Origin: Patescibacteria group bacterium
GTDB lineage: Bacteria > Patescibacteriota > Patescibacteriia > Patescibacteriales > WJLG01
Direction of reading: 5' to 3'
DNA length: 64,000 nt
Assembly: GCA_028716485.1 (NCBI GenBank)
Contig: JAQUPS010000002.1
Location: 43,013-107,012, forward strand
Shown: one piece after another, positions 46,851 to 56,190 of the stretch
Numbering within the stretch: position 1 is the stretch's first letter
How the letters are laid out: every line of letters begins with the position of its first letter
Notes under the pieces: generated by a model
Seen by the model: the letters and a program-made list of their open reading frames with translations, nothing else
Told to the model about the DNA's origin: nothing
Databases searched by the model: none
Program-made: the position numbers and the translations under genes

Positions 46851-47477
46851 TTACAATGGTTTTTTTGCAATCATGGAAACCATTCCGTGCTTATGCAACT
46901 TTTCATCTCCATGCTTATGTATTTTTGACATATATTCCGAATACTCAAGAATTTTCCAATCACTAAAAAAATTCCGCATCTCCCCTTTCTTGAAGAGATA
47001 ATATTCACAATAAGATCCGTCCGGCGATGGATAAGGACATTTCTCGAGAGGATTATCTACTGTAAATGATGAAATCGCAACAAGCCCGCCCGAGGTAACA
47101 TTTTCTTTTATCGCAGCAATAACCTTTTCAATATCTTCTATACTGAAAAGCTGTAAAACACCTAAACAAATAACAGCATCGTAATTATGCTGAAATTTAA
47201 AACGCCTCGCATCCCCTTCGCTAACTTTTATTTTAAGTCCGTGCTCACTGGCGATTGAGATCGTCTTTTTTAAGGCGGAAGATGAAATATCCACTCCCTC
47301 CACGGAAAAACCCGATGAAGCCAAAAAAATTGCATCTCTTCCTTCGCCCATACCCAAATCCAACACCGACCCGTGCTTTATGTAACGTAAGAGTCGAGGA
47401 ATGATTTTGTTTGGTGAAGATCCCCAAAATGAACCAAAACCGGAATACAGTTTTTCGAACATTTTATAATTTTTCAT
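46851..47477 (-). CDS. class I SAM-dependent methyltransferase (TehB-like size)
   Basis: Motif I VLDLGMGEGRDAIFLA, with GVDIS as post-I. Confidence 0.85.
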   Translation of the reverse strand: MKNYKMFEKLYSGFGSFWGSSPNKIIPRLLRYIKHGSVLDLGMGEGRDAIFLASSGFSVEGVDISSSALKKTISIASEHGLKIKVSEGDARRFKFQHNYDAVICLGVLQLFSIEDIEKVIAAIKENVTSGGLVAISSFTVDNPLEKCPYPSPDGSYCEYYLFKKGEMRNFFSDWKILEYSEYMSKIHKHGDEKLHKHGMVSMIAKKPL

Positions 47478-47532
47478 TTTTTCTCCTCAATTGTTAAAGT
47501 GCTAACCGTTTATATAAATCATTACTGGATAT

Positions 47533-48087
47533 TTACATTAACTTTTTAAGTGCTTCCAAAAGTAAATTAATACTGCTCAACTTATCCGCAACCACCTCTC
47601 TCGCTTCTTTTAAAGTTAATTTATCATTACAATCTCTGTCCATTTTTTTTATCACCCAATCATATGCTTCCATAAAGTCTTTGCCATTAGATCCGCAATG
47701 AAAGAAAAAATAAGGCATAACGTCAAAATGAGCCATGGCATCAGCATTCGCGATTATCTCCGCCTCTATCGTTTTGGGCTTATTTTCACCTTTAACTTCA
47801 TGGGCCTCCACACAATGAACAATTTCTTCAATAATTTTATCTTCAAAAGAAAAATCTTTTAAAATTTTTCTTGCTTCTATTGCTCCCGTTGACGCATGAT
47901 CTTTTGGCCCAAATTTAAATTTTCCAATATCATGAAGAATTGCAGCAAGCTCAACAATTTCTAAATTGGCATTCATTTTTTTTGCTAAAAAAACAGCGTT
48001 ATTAATTACGGGCTGAAAATGAAATTTTCGCTCATATTCATTTGCTTCGTCGAAAACTATTTTTTTAATTTGCTCTATTTTTGTCAT
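47533..48087 (-). CDS. HD-domain metal-dependent phosphohydrolase
   Basis: LAAILHDIGK (H...HD) and a later VEAHE. The start is ambiguous: ATG at 48087 or TTG at 48144. Confidence 0.8.
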   Translation of the reverse strand: MTKIEQIKKIVFDEANEYERKFHFQPVINNAVFLAKKMNANLEIVELAAILHDIGKFKFGPKDHASTGAIEARKILKDFSFEDKIIEEIVHCVEAHEVKGENKPKTIEAEIIANADAMAHFDVMPYFFFHCGSNGKDFMEAYDWVIKKMDRDCNDKLTLKEAREVVADKLSSINLLLEALKKLM

Positions 48088-48157
48088 TTTATTTAAAAAA
48101 ATTAAGCGGAAAATAACGCTTATTACAAGTTGTTTAAACCCCAATTTTAATGATTAA

Positions 48158-48186
48158 AGTTTACTATATAATTAAAGAACTGTCAA
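48158..48186 (-). promoter_or_regulatory. candidate promoter of the HD-to-peptide operon
   Basis: Minus strand: TTGACA, 17 nt, then TAAACT. Confidence 0.45.
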
Positions 48187-48292
48187 CTGCCAAAACGTAC
48201 CCATAAAATATCTTTTTTCAACACGATCCCCTTCAAAAAAGAAATGGGATTAGAACTAATATTTTTCATATTTTATAGCCTTTTTGACTTAA

Positions 48293-48332
48293 ACAGAAAA
48301 TCCTAGCACAAGCCAGGATTTTCTGTTTTTTT
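48293..48332 (+). terminator. terminator-like hairpin (junction B2)
   Basis: acagaaaatcctagc-acaa-gccaggattttctgt followed by TTTTTT on the + strand. Confidence 0.55.
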
Positions 48333-48351
48333 GCGAACATTCCCAAGGATC

Positions 48352-48439
48352 TCGGGTATGCACGATACTAAATTGTCTCTGCGGAGAGTGAGGGATTTGA
48401 ACCACTCGGGTTTGCGCGATAAAAAGTTGTCACTCCTTC
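48352..48439. repeat. composite junction repeat: R-a (48352-48384) plus R-b copy 2 (48381-48439)
   Basis: tcgggtatgcacgatactaaattgtctctgcgg matches 56894-56926 at 30 of 33 positions. The following 59 bp match 44474-44532. Confidence 0.9.
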
Positions 48440-48496
48440 TCTGATTTTACTTAAATTTATTATTTATCCGTAAAACACGCAAAAGCAAAGACTCCT

Positions 48497-49171
48497 TTAA
48501 ACGCCAAAAAAATATTTTGCCTGACCACTTTTCTTCAAAACAAAACCTATAAAAGGCGGCCTAATAGGAAATAATCCTCTAGTAAAACAATATATTGTTT
48601 CTAAAACTTTATTTTTGAAACAAAAACCGAAAGTTTCCAAGCATTCAGCGCCCGAGTCATTAATTATTTTTTTCCAAAATTTTACACTTAAAAATCTTTC
48701 ATCTCCGTGTATTCTTTGGCTATTAGAAAAATAATTAGTCGGCACAGAAATAATTACTGTTTCTGATTTGGATAGACAATACTGTATTGCTTCCACTATT
48801 CTTTCGTTGGAAAAATGCTCGAGTACGCCATTACTAAAAACTAAATCTTGAAAACCAATTTCGTCTGGCCAGTTAAATAAATCACCAACCCTTATATCAA
48901 CTTTATTGTTGGAAAATCCTACAACTTCTTTAGCGATCCTAATCATATTAACATCTGAGTCAATCCCGGAAACTGAATACCCCAGTGACCCTAAAAAAGC
49001 CAGAGAGGCGCCGGATCCGCAACCGATTTCTAATATTCTCCCTGATTTGCTGGCATGTTTGCATATAGCCTTTATCAGCCTCTTCTTATAACTAATCCTG
49101 CTAAAAACAAAACTCTCGACTGAACCAGCCTTTGCAATTTCTTCACCATAGACATACGACCATTTACTCAT
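48497..49171 (-). CDS. class I SAM-dependent methyltransferase
   Basis: Motif I ILEIGCGSGAS, with GIDSD as post-I. Confidence 0.85.
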   Translation of the reverse strand: MSKWSYVYGEEIAKAGSVESFVFSRISYKKRLIKAICKHASKSGRILEIGCGSGASLAFLGSLGYSVSGIDSDVNMIRIAKEVVGFSNNKVDIRVGDLFNWPDEIGFQDLVFSNGVLEHFSNERIVEAIQYCLSKSETVIISVPTNYFSNSQRIHGDERFLSVKFWKKIINDSGAECLETFGFCFKNKVLETIYCFTRGLFPIRPPFIGFVLKKSGQAKYFFGV

Positions 49172-49175
49172 AAAC

Positions 49176-49820
49176 TTACTTGTTAAAAAAAATTTTACTA
49201 GTCAGATTAATGATACTCTTGGATGACATTTTTTTACCACCCTCATTCTTCAGTCGCACTATCTTCTGCGCCAATTTATTACAACCGCTATTATTCGATT
49301 TAACCACGCAGCCATTAACTATCTCTTTTTGCCATAATGAATTAAATTTTACAACTGCAGAAAAATATTTCTTTTCAATAAACATTTTCGGGGTGCCTCG
49401 TAAAAATGCACTCTGGCCAGCGGAGAATCTTTTTTGGGCAATCTTTCTGTCACAGGAAACAAAAACATAAAAATCAGGAATTACAGTCTTCTTTTGCCTT
49501 AAAAGACTCTTTAGCGACTGTAAATGTTTTTCCCTCAAATCGATGCCGGAAAAAAAATATAAGGCATAAATATGCGCGGAAAGCGAAACAAAGCTTCTGT
49601 CAAGCATAACAATCCCCTTGCCCACTGCCTTCTGACGCAGATTGTCCACTTGCAAATAGCGTAAGTGCTCGTTGAACTCCGGAGAATATTTTTTTTCTCT
49701 CCTTATCTGGTCGACAAAAAATGTATGCTCGGCTATGCGTCGGCAGCCAATCTTTTCTGCCAGACAATTAACCAAGGTTGTTTTACCGGCAAAAACATTG
49801 CCATCGAATGCAACAATCAT
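49176..49820 (-). CDS. thymidylate-kinase/deoxynucleoside-kinase-like P-loop kinase
   Basis: IVAFDGNVFAGKTTL (P-loop) and a MLDRSFVS segment resembling the DRY/DRS motif of dNMP kinases. Confidence 0.65.
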   Translation of the reverse strand: MIVAFDGNVFAGKTTLVNCLAEKIGCRRIAEHTFFVDQIRREKKYSPEFNEHLRYLQVDNLRQKAVGKGIVMLDRSFVSLSAHIYALYFFSGIDLREKHLQSLKSLLRQKKTVIPDFYVFVSCDRKIAQKRFSAGQSAFLRGTPKMFIEKKYFSAVVKFNSLWQKEIVNGCVVKSNNSGCNKLAQKIVRLKNEGGKKMSSKSIINLTSKIFFNK

Positions 49821-50686
49821 AAAGACAATTTACATTTTTTACAAATATTCGGAAATTTTTTTCCTCCTCCATTAATCATTCTTCTTAAATCATTAAATCT
49901 CTTAGACTCCCAAACTTCTCCAATAGTTTGTATAGACAGATCACCAACAATGCATTCACGCCGCCAATCCATACTACAAAGAACTACCTTGCCGTCAAAA
50001 AGAATGTGCATTCTTTCTGTGTCTCTGTTTTGCTCGCAACCGCAAACATAATGGTTGTTGACTTTATTGTCATAAGCAGATACATTTCCTCCCCTGTCTA
50101 AAAATCCCCAGAATTCAAATTTTATAAAATTATCCTGACAATATTTCTTTGCCAAAGCAATATCTTTCGCACTTATCCCAGGATAATCAACCATGATCAA
50201 ACTTATCTGGCCAATCTTTGACCGCAATTTTTTATTAGCGCATAAAAGATCTAAATTATTTTTCGTATTCTCCCATCTTAAGCCAGTCATAGCTTTCTGA
50301 TAAGTCTTCTCTGTAAAACCAAACACGCTCAATCTTAATTCCTTAATACTGCACAATGACAACTCTTTCTGTTTCTTGCCATCAAGAATGGACAAATTGG
50401 TAGAAATTTCGACTTCAGCTGCCGGGCACTTCTCATTTATATATTTAACCCGATCGATAAAAAATTTATCCAAAAATGGTTCATTGTTCAAATAAGGAAT
50501 AATCCTGATACCCCAACAATTGTTACTGCTTATCTGTTCAATAATTTTTTCAAAAAGATCTTGATTCATAGATCCGCATGGCATCAGGCGCGAGACATCT
50601 TCATAAGGACAAACAACACAACCGCCATTGCAATATGAAGCTGTTTGAATTTCAAAAAATTTCGGGTAATCCAAATATTTTTTCAT
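49817..50686 (-). CDS. radical SAM enzyme with a SPASM/twitch-type C-terminal Cys cluster
   Basis: CNGGCVVC (CX3CX2C). C-terminal CGCEQ ... LCSMDW ... CKKCKL. Confidence 0.85.
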   Translation of the reverse strand: MKKYLDYPKFFEIQTASYCNGGCVVCPYEDVSRLMPCGSMNQDLFEKIIEQISSNNCWGIRIIPYLNNEPFLDKFFIDRVKYINEKCPAAEVEISTNLSILDGKKQKELSLCSIKELRLSVFGFTEKTYQKAMTGLRWENTKNNLDLLCANKKLRSKIGQISLIMVDYPGISAKDIALAKKYCQDNFIKFEFWGFLDRGGNVSAYDNKVNNHYVCGCEQNRDTERMHILFDGKVVLCSMDWRRECIVGDLSIQTIGEVWESKRFNDLRRMINGGGKKFPNICKKCKLSL

Positions 50687-51714
50687 TATTTTCTGAAAGT
50701 TATTATTGATTTAATATTCTTGCCAGACCAAGCATCTTTATAAGCTTGCTGATAGTTATCCATACTATAAACGCTGCTTGAGTCTATAAACGTTTCTGCT
50801 TTTAGCCGTCCAGATAAGACGCCTTCTATCACTTCTTCATGAACCGAACCCTCATCATAGTCCAAGCCATCAAAAAAACATATACCACTTCTTACACCAG
50901 GAGTAAAAAAAGCTTGATCTTTTTCTTTGTTTAAGCCATAAAGGCCAACTCTCGATCCAGCTTTCAGTGTTGTCACTAACTTGTTTAACATCCGATAATC
51001 CCCGCAAGCATCTATCACCCCTCTTACACCGAAAACAACCAAAGACTTAAGAATATTGTTCCAATCTTTTTCTTTATAAGAAATAAAGGCTTCGGCTCCG
51101 CAAGACAAAAATTTATCCCTCCGACCAGGATTACCGATAATAACCGTCCTTATCTTTAGATTATGAAGGTGGCATACAAACGACAATGCAACCGCTCCTG
51201 AACTAATAATTACTACATTATCTCCGGCAACAAAATTTAATCTTTTTAAAAAAGCTAAAGTTTCGCGCCAAGTAATAATCATTGTACTGGCAATCGGATC
51301 AAAATTTTTCGGCAAAACGCGATTGGCTGTAAATTTTTTCCATAAATCTTCTTTGCAGCCGTCTTCTTTCATAGCGCGCCAATCAACCGCTGTCCCGAAT
51401 TCCGCCATTCCACCCCAGACCAAATCAATTCCGCAACCTTCTGGCAGGTGATTATTAATCCTTGAAATCAAATCACCTGGTTTAAAATACTTAACCTTGC
51501 TTCCACGAGCCACAACAAGACCGACGGCTTCATGGCCGATGATGGCAGGGAGTTTAACTTTGAAACGATTGTGATTGCAAAAAATCTCATGATCGGTCCC
51601 GCTGCAAATCGCCGAAGCCTCAATCGAACAAAGAACCTCATATTCCCCCAAAATTGGGTCAGGAACATCTTTCAATTCCAACTTTTTAGGTAATTTAAGA
51701 ACAATTGCCTTCAT
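50686..51714 (-). CDS. zinc-type medium-chain alcohol dehydrogenase/reductase
   Basis: CSGTDHE and GHEAVGLVV zinc-ligand motifs, plus a Rossmann segment VVIISSGAVALS. Confidence 0.85.
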   Translation of the reverse strand: MKAIVLKLPKKLELKDVPDPILGEYEVLCSIEASAICSGTDHEIFCNHNRFKVKLPAIIGHEAVGLVVARGSKVKYFKPGDLISRINNHLPEGCGIDLVWGGMAEFGTAVDWRAMKEDGCKEDLWKKFTANRVLPKNFDPIASTMIITWRETLAFLKRLNFVAGDNVVIISSGAVALSFVCHLHNLKIRTVIIGNPGRRDKFLSCGAEAFISYKEKDWNNILKSLVVFGVRGVIDACGDYRMLNKLVTTLKAGSRVGLYGLNKEKDQAFFTPGVRSGICFFDGLDYDEGSVHEEVIEGVLSGRLKAETFIDSSSVYSMDNYQQAYKDAWSGKNIKSIITFRK

Positions 51715-51724
51715 AATACTATGG

Positions 51725-53374
51725 TTAGTTTATCCTATCAAGACCGGTATAGATACAATCAATGATATCAGCTCCTCCGCTCAATCCAATCTTATTTACA
51801 ATCTCGGCATGCTTAACCTTGATCGCCAAATGATATTTTTTAAATTCAGAAAAAAAATCAATTTTCCGATAGCCAAAACTGTCAATTTTTAGATGGCCAG
51901 CAAGAATCAGGTCGATGTAGCCGAGCAAAAAATCAAGCAAACTGTCCATAGCCTTATCCGCCGTCTTCTCTAAAATTGAAAAGTCTTTATCAACTTCTAA
52001 AAATATTTTATTATTATCTTGCTTGAGCAAGCTCTTCAGCAGAAATGCCGTGGTGCAAAAATATTCAAACTCATAAACCTCGTCTTTTATCTCTTCAAAA
52101 ATCGACTTAATTCCTTTTATGAATCTAGCCGTCTTGCGATCTTTATATCTATAACCGTAAGTTATACCGTTAAAATCGGCTTTGGCCTCAAGTAAACCGT
52201 CTTCGACCAGCTTTTTATGAAAACCTGATCCGGGAATCACTCTGACTGGCTCGAGAATAGTCCCCAATCTAAAGAGCTTATCAATCTTTCTCAGGTGCTT
52301 CAAATTTTCAGCAACTGCCGAAAGCCTTGAATATGGTTCAACAACTATATAGCCAATGTGAATATTTATATCGAATTTATCGAATTTGGTTTTTGCCTTT
52401 TCATAAGCATGAAGTGCAATTTTTTTATTCAAAACATCTTGGCTTTGCGAAGAAATATTCTCTATCCCTAAAAAAACTCTAACCAACCCGGCCTGATGCA
52501 AAGCCGACAAAATATCTTCCGGCATTTCTGGCTTAACTTTCAAATAGACATAAAATTTTACAGACAATTTCCTCTTTTTAATTTCTTTGCAAAAATCAAT
52601 AATCCGAGCATTGTCTGCCTTGCCGCGCCAAAAACAGCTATCATTAAAAATAAATAGTTTTTTTCCCAACGAACCGTTAAGCTTCTCCATTTCGTCAACC
52701 ACCAGCCTTGGTGATCGATAATCAATCTTTTCCTGACCGGAAATTTTTGAAACCAAGGGAATGTGGCAAAAACTGCATCCGCCATTGCAACCCCGCGAAG
52801 CCTCAATATTTATAAAGCTTCCTTTCTCTATTTTTTCTACATCTCGAGCTGGGAAAGGCAGGCCATTTAATCCGAGCCTTGAATTCCGAAAAGTAAAATC
52901 AGAAAAGAAATCTCCTCCTGATTTGCGCCAAACTCCGCCTGAACAATTTTGCGGCGTAAGTTTTTTACCAGCAGATATCAATCTTGCCAAATCCAAAGAA
53001 GTTTCTTCAGCATCACCAATCAATATTCCATCCAACCATGGCAGCTTTTTCATTATTGAATGATAATTCAAGCAAGCAAAAGGCCCGCAAAAAAAGACAC
53101 TATCAACCTCCCGTTGCTTCTTTAACTCGGCAAGTAACGGCAATAGCAGGGAATAATCCTTAAAATTTGGTTTAGCGATAACGATCTTTCTTCCCTCTCC
53201 TTGCAATATCTTTTCCGCGTTATGCAATCCTTGTCTTTCCATTAGACATAAATCGCAAACAAACCCGTTTTGACGCAGAAAAGCGGCAACAGACCCCATG
53301 GTCAAGGAGGCAGCCGATTGAGAAAAAAGGGTGCGGTAAAAAACTAATTTGAAAGTAATTTTTTTATTTTTCAT
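51725..53374 (-). CDS. cobalamin-binding-domain radical SAM enzyme (class B type)
   Basis: 549 aa. An N-terminal flavodoxin-like B12-binding-type region is followed by EASRGCNGGCSFC (CX3CX2C). Confidence 0.8.
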   Translation of the reverse strand: MKNKKITFKLVFYRTLFSQSAASLTMGSVAAFLRQNGFVCDLCLMERQGLHNAEKILQGEGRKIVIAKPNFKDYSLLLPLLAELKKQREVDSVFFCGPFACLNYHSIMKKLPWLDGILIGDAEETSLDLARLISAGKKLTPQNCSGGVWRKSGGDFFSDFTFRNSRLGLNGLPFPARDVEKIEKGSFINIEASRGCNGGCSFCHIPLVSKISGQEKIDYRSPRLVVDEMEKLNGSLGKKLFIFNDSCFWRGKADNARIIDFCKEIKKRKLSVKFYVYLKVKPEMPEDILSALHQAGLVRVFLGIENISSQSQDVLNKKIALHAYEKAKTKFDKFDINIHIGYIVVEPYSRLSAVAENLKHLRKIDKLFRLGTILEPVRVIPGSGFHKKLVEDGLLEAKADFNGITYGYRYKDRKTARFIKGIKSIFEEIKDEVYEFEYFCTTAFLLKSLLKQDNNKIFLEVDKDFSILEKTADKAMDSLLDFLLGYIDLILAGHLKIDSFGYRKIDFFSEFKKYHLAIKVKHAEIVNKIGLSGGADIIDCIYTGLDRIN

Positions 53375-53444
53375 GCCTTTACTTTAATAATACTCTTGTT
53401 ATAATATGCTATATAACGATTATAAATTATAATAATAACTCTAT

Positions 53445-53870
53445 ATGGAAAAAGGTTTAATTGTCCACGCCGCTATCCTCAATAATGATGAATTGCTAAT
53501 CCTTAAAAGAGCCCCTGGAACTTATTTGGAAAAACTGTGGGATATTCCAGGAGGCACACTTGAAGATGGCGAGGAACCAGAAGAAGGCACTATCCGCGAA
53601 GTCATGGAAGAAACCGGCTTAAATCTAAGCAAGGCGGCAATTTTTTATTGCCACTCTAACGTGGACCAAAAAAAGAACAAACAATTCGTGACCCTCATCT
53701 TCTTGGGCAAAACCGACCAAAAAGAAATAAAAATAAATCCTTCAGAACACAACGAATATGCATGGGTTAAGTTAGCTGAAATAAAAAAATATGAAACAGT
53801 TGATTATCTTCTTTCCTGTATTGAATATTTAGCAGAAAAAAAGAGCGGACTCAGCTCCTTAATATCTTAG
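53445..53870 (+). CDS. NUDIX hydrolase (copy 1)
   Basis: NUDIX box GGTLEDGEEPEEGTIREVMEETGL. The 3' end overlaps the convergent GT2 gene by 20 nt. Confidence 0.9.
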   Translation: MEKGLIVHAAILNNDELLILKRAPGTYLEKLWDIPGGTLEDGEEPEEGTIREVMEETGLNLSKAAIFYCHSNVDQKKNKQFVTLIFLGKTDQKEIKINPSEHNEYAWVKLAEIKKYETVDYLLSCIEYLAEKKSGLSSLIS

Positions 53871-55305
53871 TTTTATATTTATCAACTTCTCCGTTCGTAA
53901 TTTTTGCTTTAGCGGCCAAAAAAATTGAATAGTACGCCGACGCGCCATGCATAACATAGGCAAAAAAAGATCCGAACAATAAAAAAATTAAAGCCTCACC
54001 GGCTTTAATTTTTTTATCAGGAAATAACAAATATACCAGAAACCCTGGCAAAACCAAAAAGGTAAAATAGGCTAACAGAAAAGGCTCAAAATTTAAGGTT
54101 GCCAAGGAATATAAAAAAATAAATAACAAGCAAGTCGGCCCTATGACCCAAAAAATAGCATGAAAAAAAAGTTTGCTGGATAGAAAAAACAATCTTGCCC
54201 CATCAACCTCCGGAATCATGCCTTTCAATTTTTTAAAGTATAAAGGAGCCTGAAACGGCCCAAAAAACCAAGTAGCCTTCTGAAAAAATAAACTCTTAAC
54301 CGTATTGGGGGCGTCCGCAACATCAAAAAAAGGTATAGGAAAAATTGTTTTTTTCGCATAACTAAGTCCTAGGCCAAAAATCGCATCTTCATTGTGCGTA
54401 TCCTCGAAAAAATGATATTTTTCATAAATATCTCTGGTAAAAAACAAACCGTGGCCGATACAATAATTTAAGGGGTGCAAAAACCTCTCGCCGATAATCT
54501 TTTTTTTAAGAAAAATAAATTGCTTCAAACTGTTGAACATCTCAAAACCGACGCTCCATCTATTTTGCCAAATACACGATGAAATAAGAATCGCCCTGCT
54601 AATAAAATCACTCTTTAAAATCGATTCGGTATTTCCAAAATATTTTCCGTACTGCTGAAAAACCAAGCTGGAACCATTGCTTCTTTGATTCAACCAAAAA
54701 AATGTTTCCGAGTCAGGACGAGAATCAGCATTGTAAATTCCTAAAAGTTCGTTATGCCAAAATCCTTTATTAATCAATAATTTCAAACAATAATTAAGCT
54801 GATGCGCCATCTTCCCCGAAATAAAAGGATAATTAATCACCATCACCCCTTCCCGGTGGCAATCCTTCAAAACATCGATGGTATTTTTATACTCACTAAT
54901 CACTTCTAGCGCTTTGTTCTTTAAAATTTCAATATCTTTAAAACCGCTCAGGTCTGCACCGAAATCAGATTTAATAAGAGAAACGATTTCATTCCTTACT
55001 CCCTTAGACGCTAAAACCTTAACAGCCTCTTTGTTCTTTTTACAAATCTCATCTTCCTTTGCCGTAGTGACAATAATTAATTTTGATCCAGGAAACGGCT
55101 TAATCAAATTTAAAAAATAATCTATAGTGGCAAAAATAATATCTTTTTCTTCTATGACTGGAATGACCACAAAAAAAGGACGATTAGCTTTTCTCTCGCC
55201 ACCATAAAAAGCTCTCTCGCTTCTTTTCATCCAAAAAAAAGAAACTAATATTTTAACCAACCAATAAACCGATAACAAAATAAATAAATATAAAATTATT
55301 TTCAT
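53851..55305 (-). CDS. membrane-embedded family 2 glycosyltransferase, processive (synthase-like) type
   Basis: N-terminal TM span, FFVVIPVIEE, a YNADSRP (DxD-like) segment, the Q-x-x-RW motif CIWQNRW, and 4-5 C-terminal TM spans. Confidence 0.72.
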   Translation of the reverse strand: MKIILYLFILLSVYWLVKILVSFFWMKRSERAFYGGERKANRPFFVVIPVIEEKDIIFATIDYFLNLIKPFPGSKLIIVTTAKEDEICKKNKEAVKVLASKGVRNEIVSLIKSDFGADLSGFKDIEILKNKALEVISEYKNTIDVLKDCHREGVMVINYPFISGKMAHQLNYCLKLLINKGFWHNELLGIYNADSRPDSETFFWLNQRSNGSSLVFQQYGKYFGNTESILKSDFISRAILISSCIWQNRWSVGFEMFNSLKQFIFLKKKIIGERFLHPLNYCIGHGLFFTRDIYEKYHFFEDTHNEDAIFGLGLSYAKKTIFPIPFFDVADAPNTVKSLFFQKATWFFGPFQAPLYFKKLKGMIPEVDGARLFFLSSKLFFHAIFWVIGPTCLLFIFLYSLATLNFEPFLLAYFTFLVLPGFLVYLLFPDKKIKAGEALIFLLFGSFFAYVMHGASAYYSIFLAAKAKITNGEVDKYKTKILRS

Positions 55306-55340
55306 GTTTATAAAAAAGGCATTGAATAAAAATCAATGCC

Positions 55341-55970
55341 TTATTCAGAGTAACCAACTTTGGCAGCAAGTTCTTCTTGCTTAAAAAACATCAACGATTC
55401 CCTGATTGCATCTTCTTTACTGTCTGCACAATGAATCAGGTTGTAAACAGGGTGCTTCTTCTTTTCGTCTTCATACTTGAACCGGACGTGATTTCTCAAA
55501 TTCAGAAGCTCTCTGAAAATATCCGAGCCAGAAACCAACAAGCAGAGCGACGGTCCAGAAGTCAAATAGTTTAAAAAATGAGCCTCCCATATTCTTTCAA
55601 AGAAGTAAGGATAAAGGCGGAAAGCCATTTGCTGATCAAGCACTATTGTCTTTTCTGCAAGAATCTTAAAAGAACTGGCGACAATAGATCTTATTTCTTT
55701 GACCAATCCGCGCTCCCCGCAATCGGGCTTCAGGATACAGAGGCTAAAATCTTTGAGCAAAAAAAGCTCATCCGGAAACGACATGGAAATCCCCCTCCAA
55801 TACCGTTTCTCGTTTTGAACCATAATGTATTCACCATCGCTGTCGGTTTCAATAAACCCTTGAATGGTTGAACCAACATAATACCAGCGATCCTTACCGC
55901 CCAAAAAAACCTTACGTACTAGACGCCCTTTTTCATCGACAAGATATTTGCATTCGCTTTCCATATTCAC
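55341..55970 (-). CDS. nucleoside-diphosphate-kinase-like protein with an about 70-aa N-terminal extension
   Basis: LCILKPD ... LTSGPSLCLLV ... NLIHCADSKEDAIRESLMFF parallels the NDK strings IKPD ... MTSGPVVAMV ... NIIHGSDSVESAEKEIALWF, including the catalytic His. Confidence 0.6.
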   Translation of the reverse strand: MNMESECKYLVDEKGRLVRKVFLGGKDRWYYVGSTIQGFIETDSDGEYIMVQNEKRYWRGISMSFPDELFLLKDFSLCILKPDCGERGLVKEIRSIVASSFKILAEKTIVLDQQMAFRLYPYFFERIWEAHFLNYLTSGPSLCLLVSGSDIFRELLNLRNHVRFKYEDEKKKHPVYNLIHCADSKEDAIRESLMFFKQEELAAKVGYSE

Positions 55971-56190
55971 CCCCCTCCTTGATTTTTTGGTTATTATTAA
56001 TGGGAGACTCTTTTAAGGAGCTAATTTTGTTTCTATTAATTTACGTATCTTATACATACCACGTATTATCTATTTATGTCAAGTCTACAACAAAAACAAT
56101 AACATCCGTAAAAAACTTGATTATATCGCGCTATTTGTTTAATATGGTTAAGAGAAGCTGAACATTAACATTTTACAAAAGAGGTTTAAC

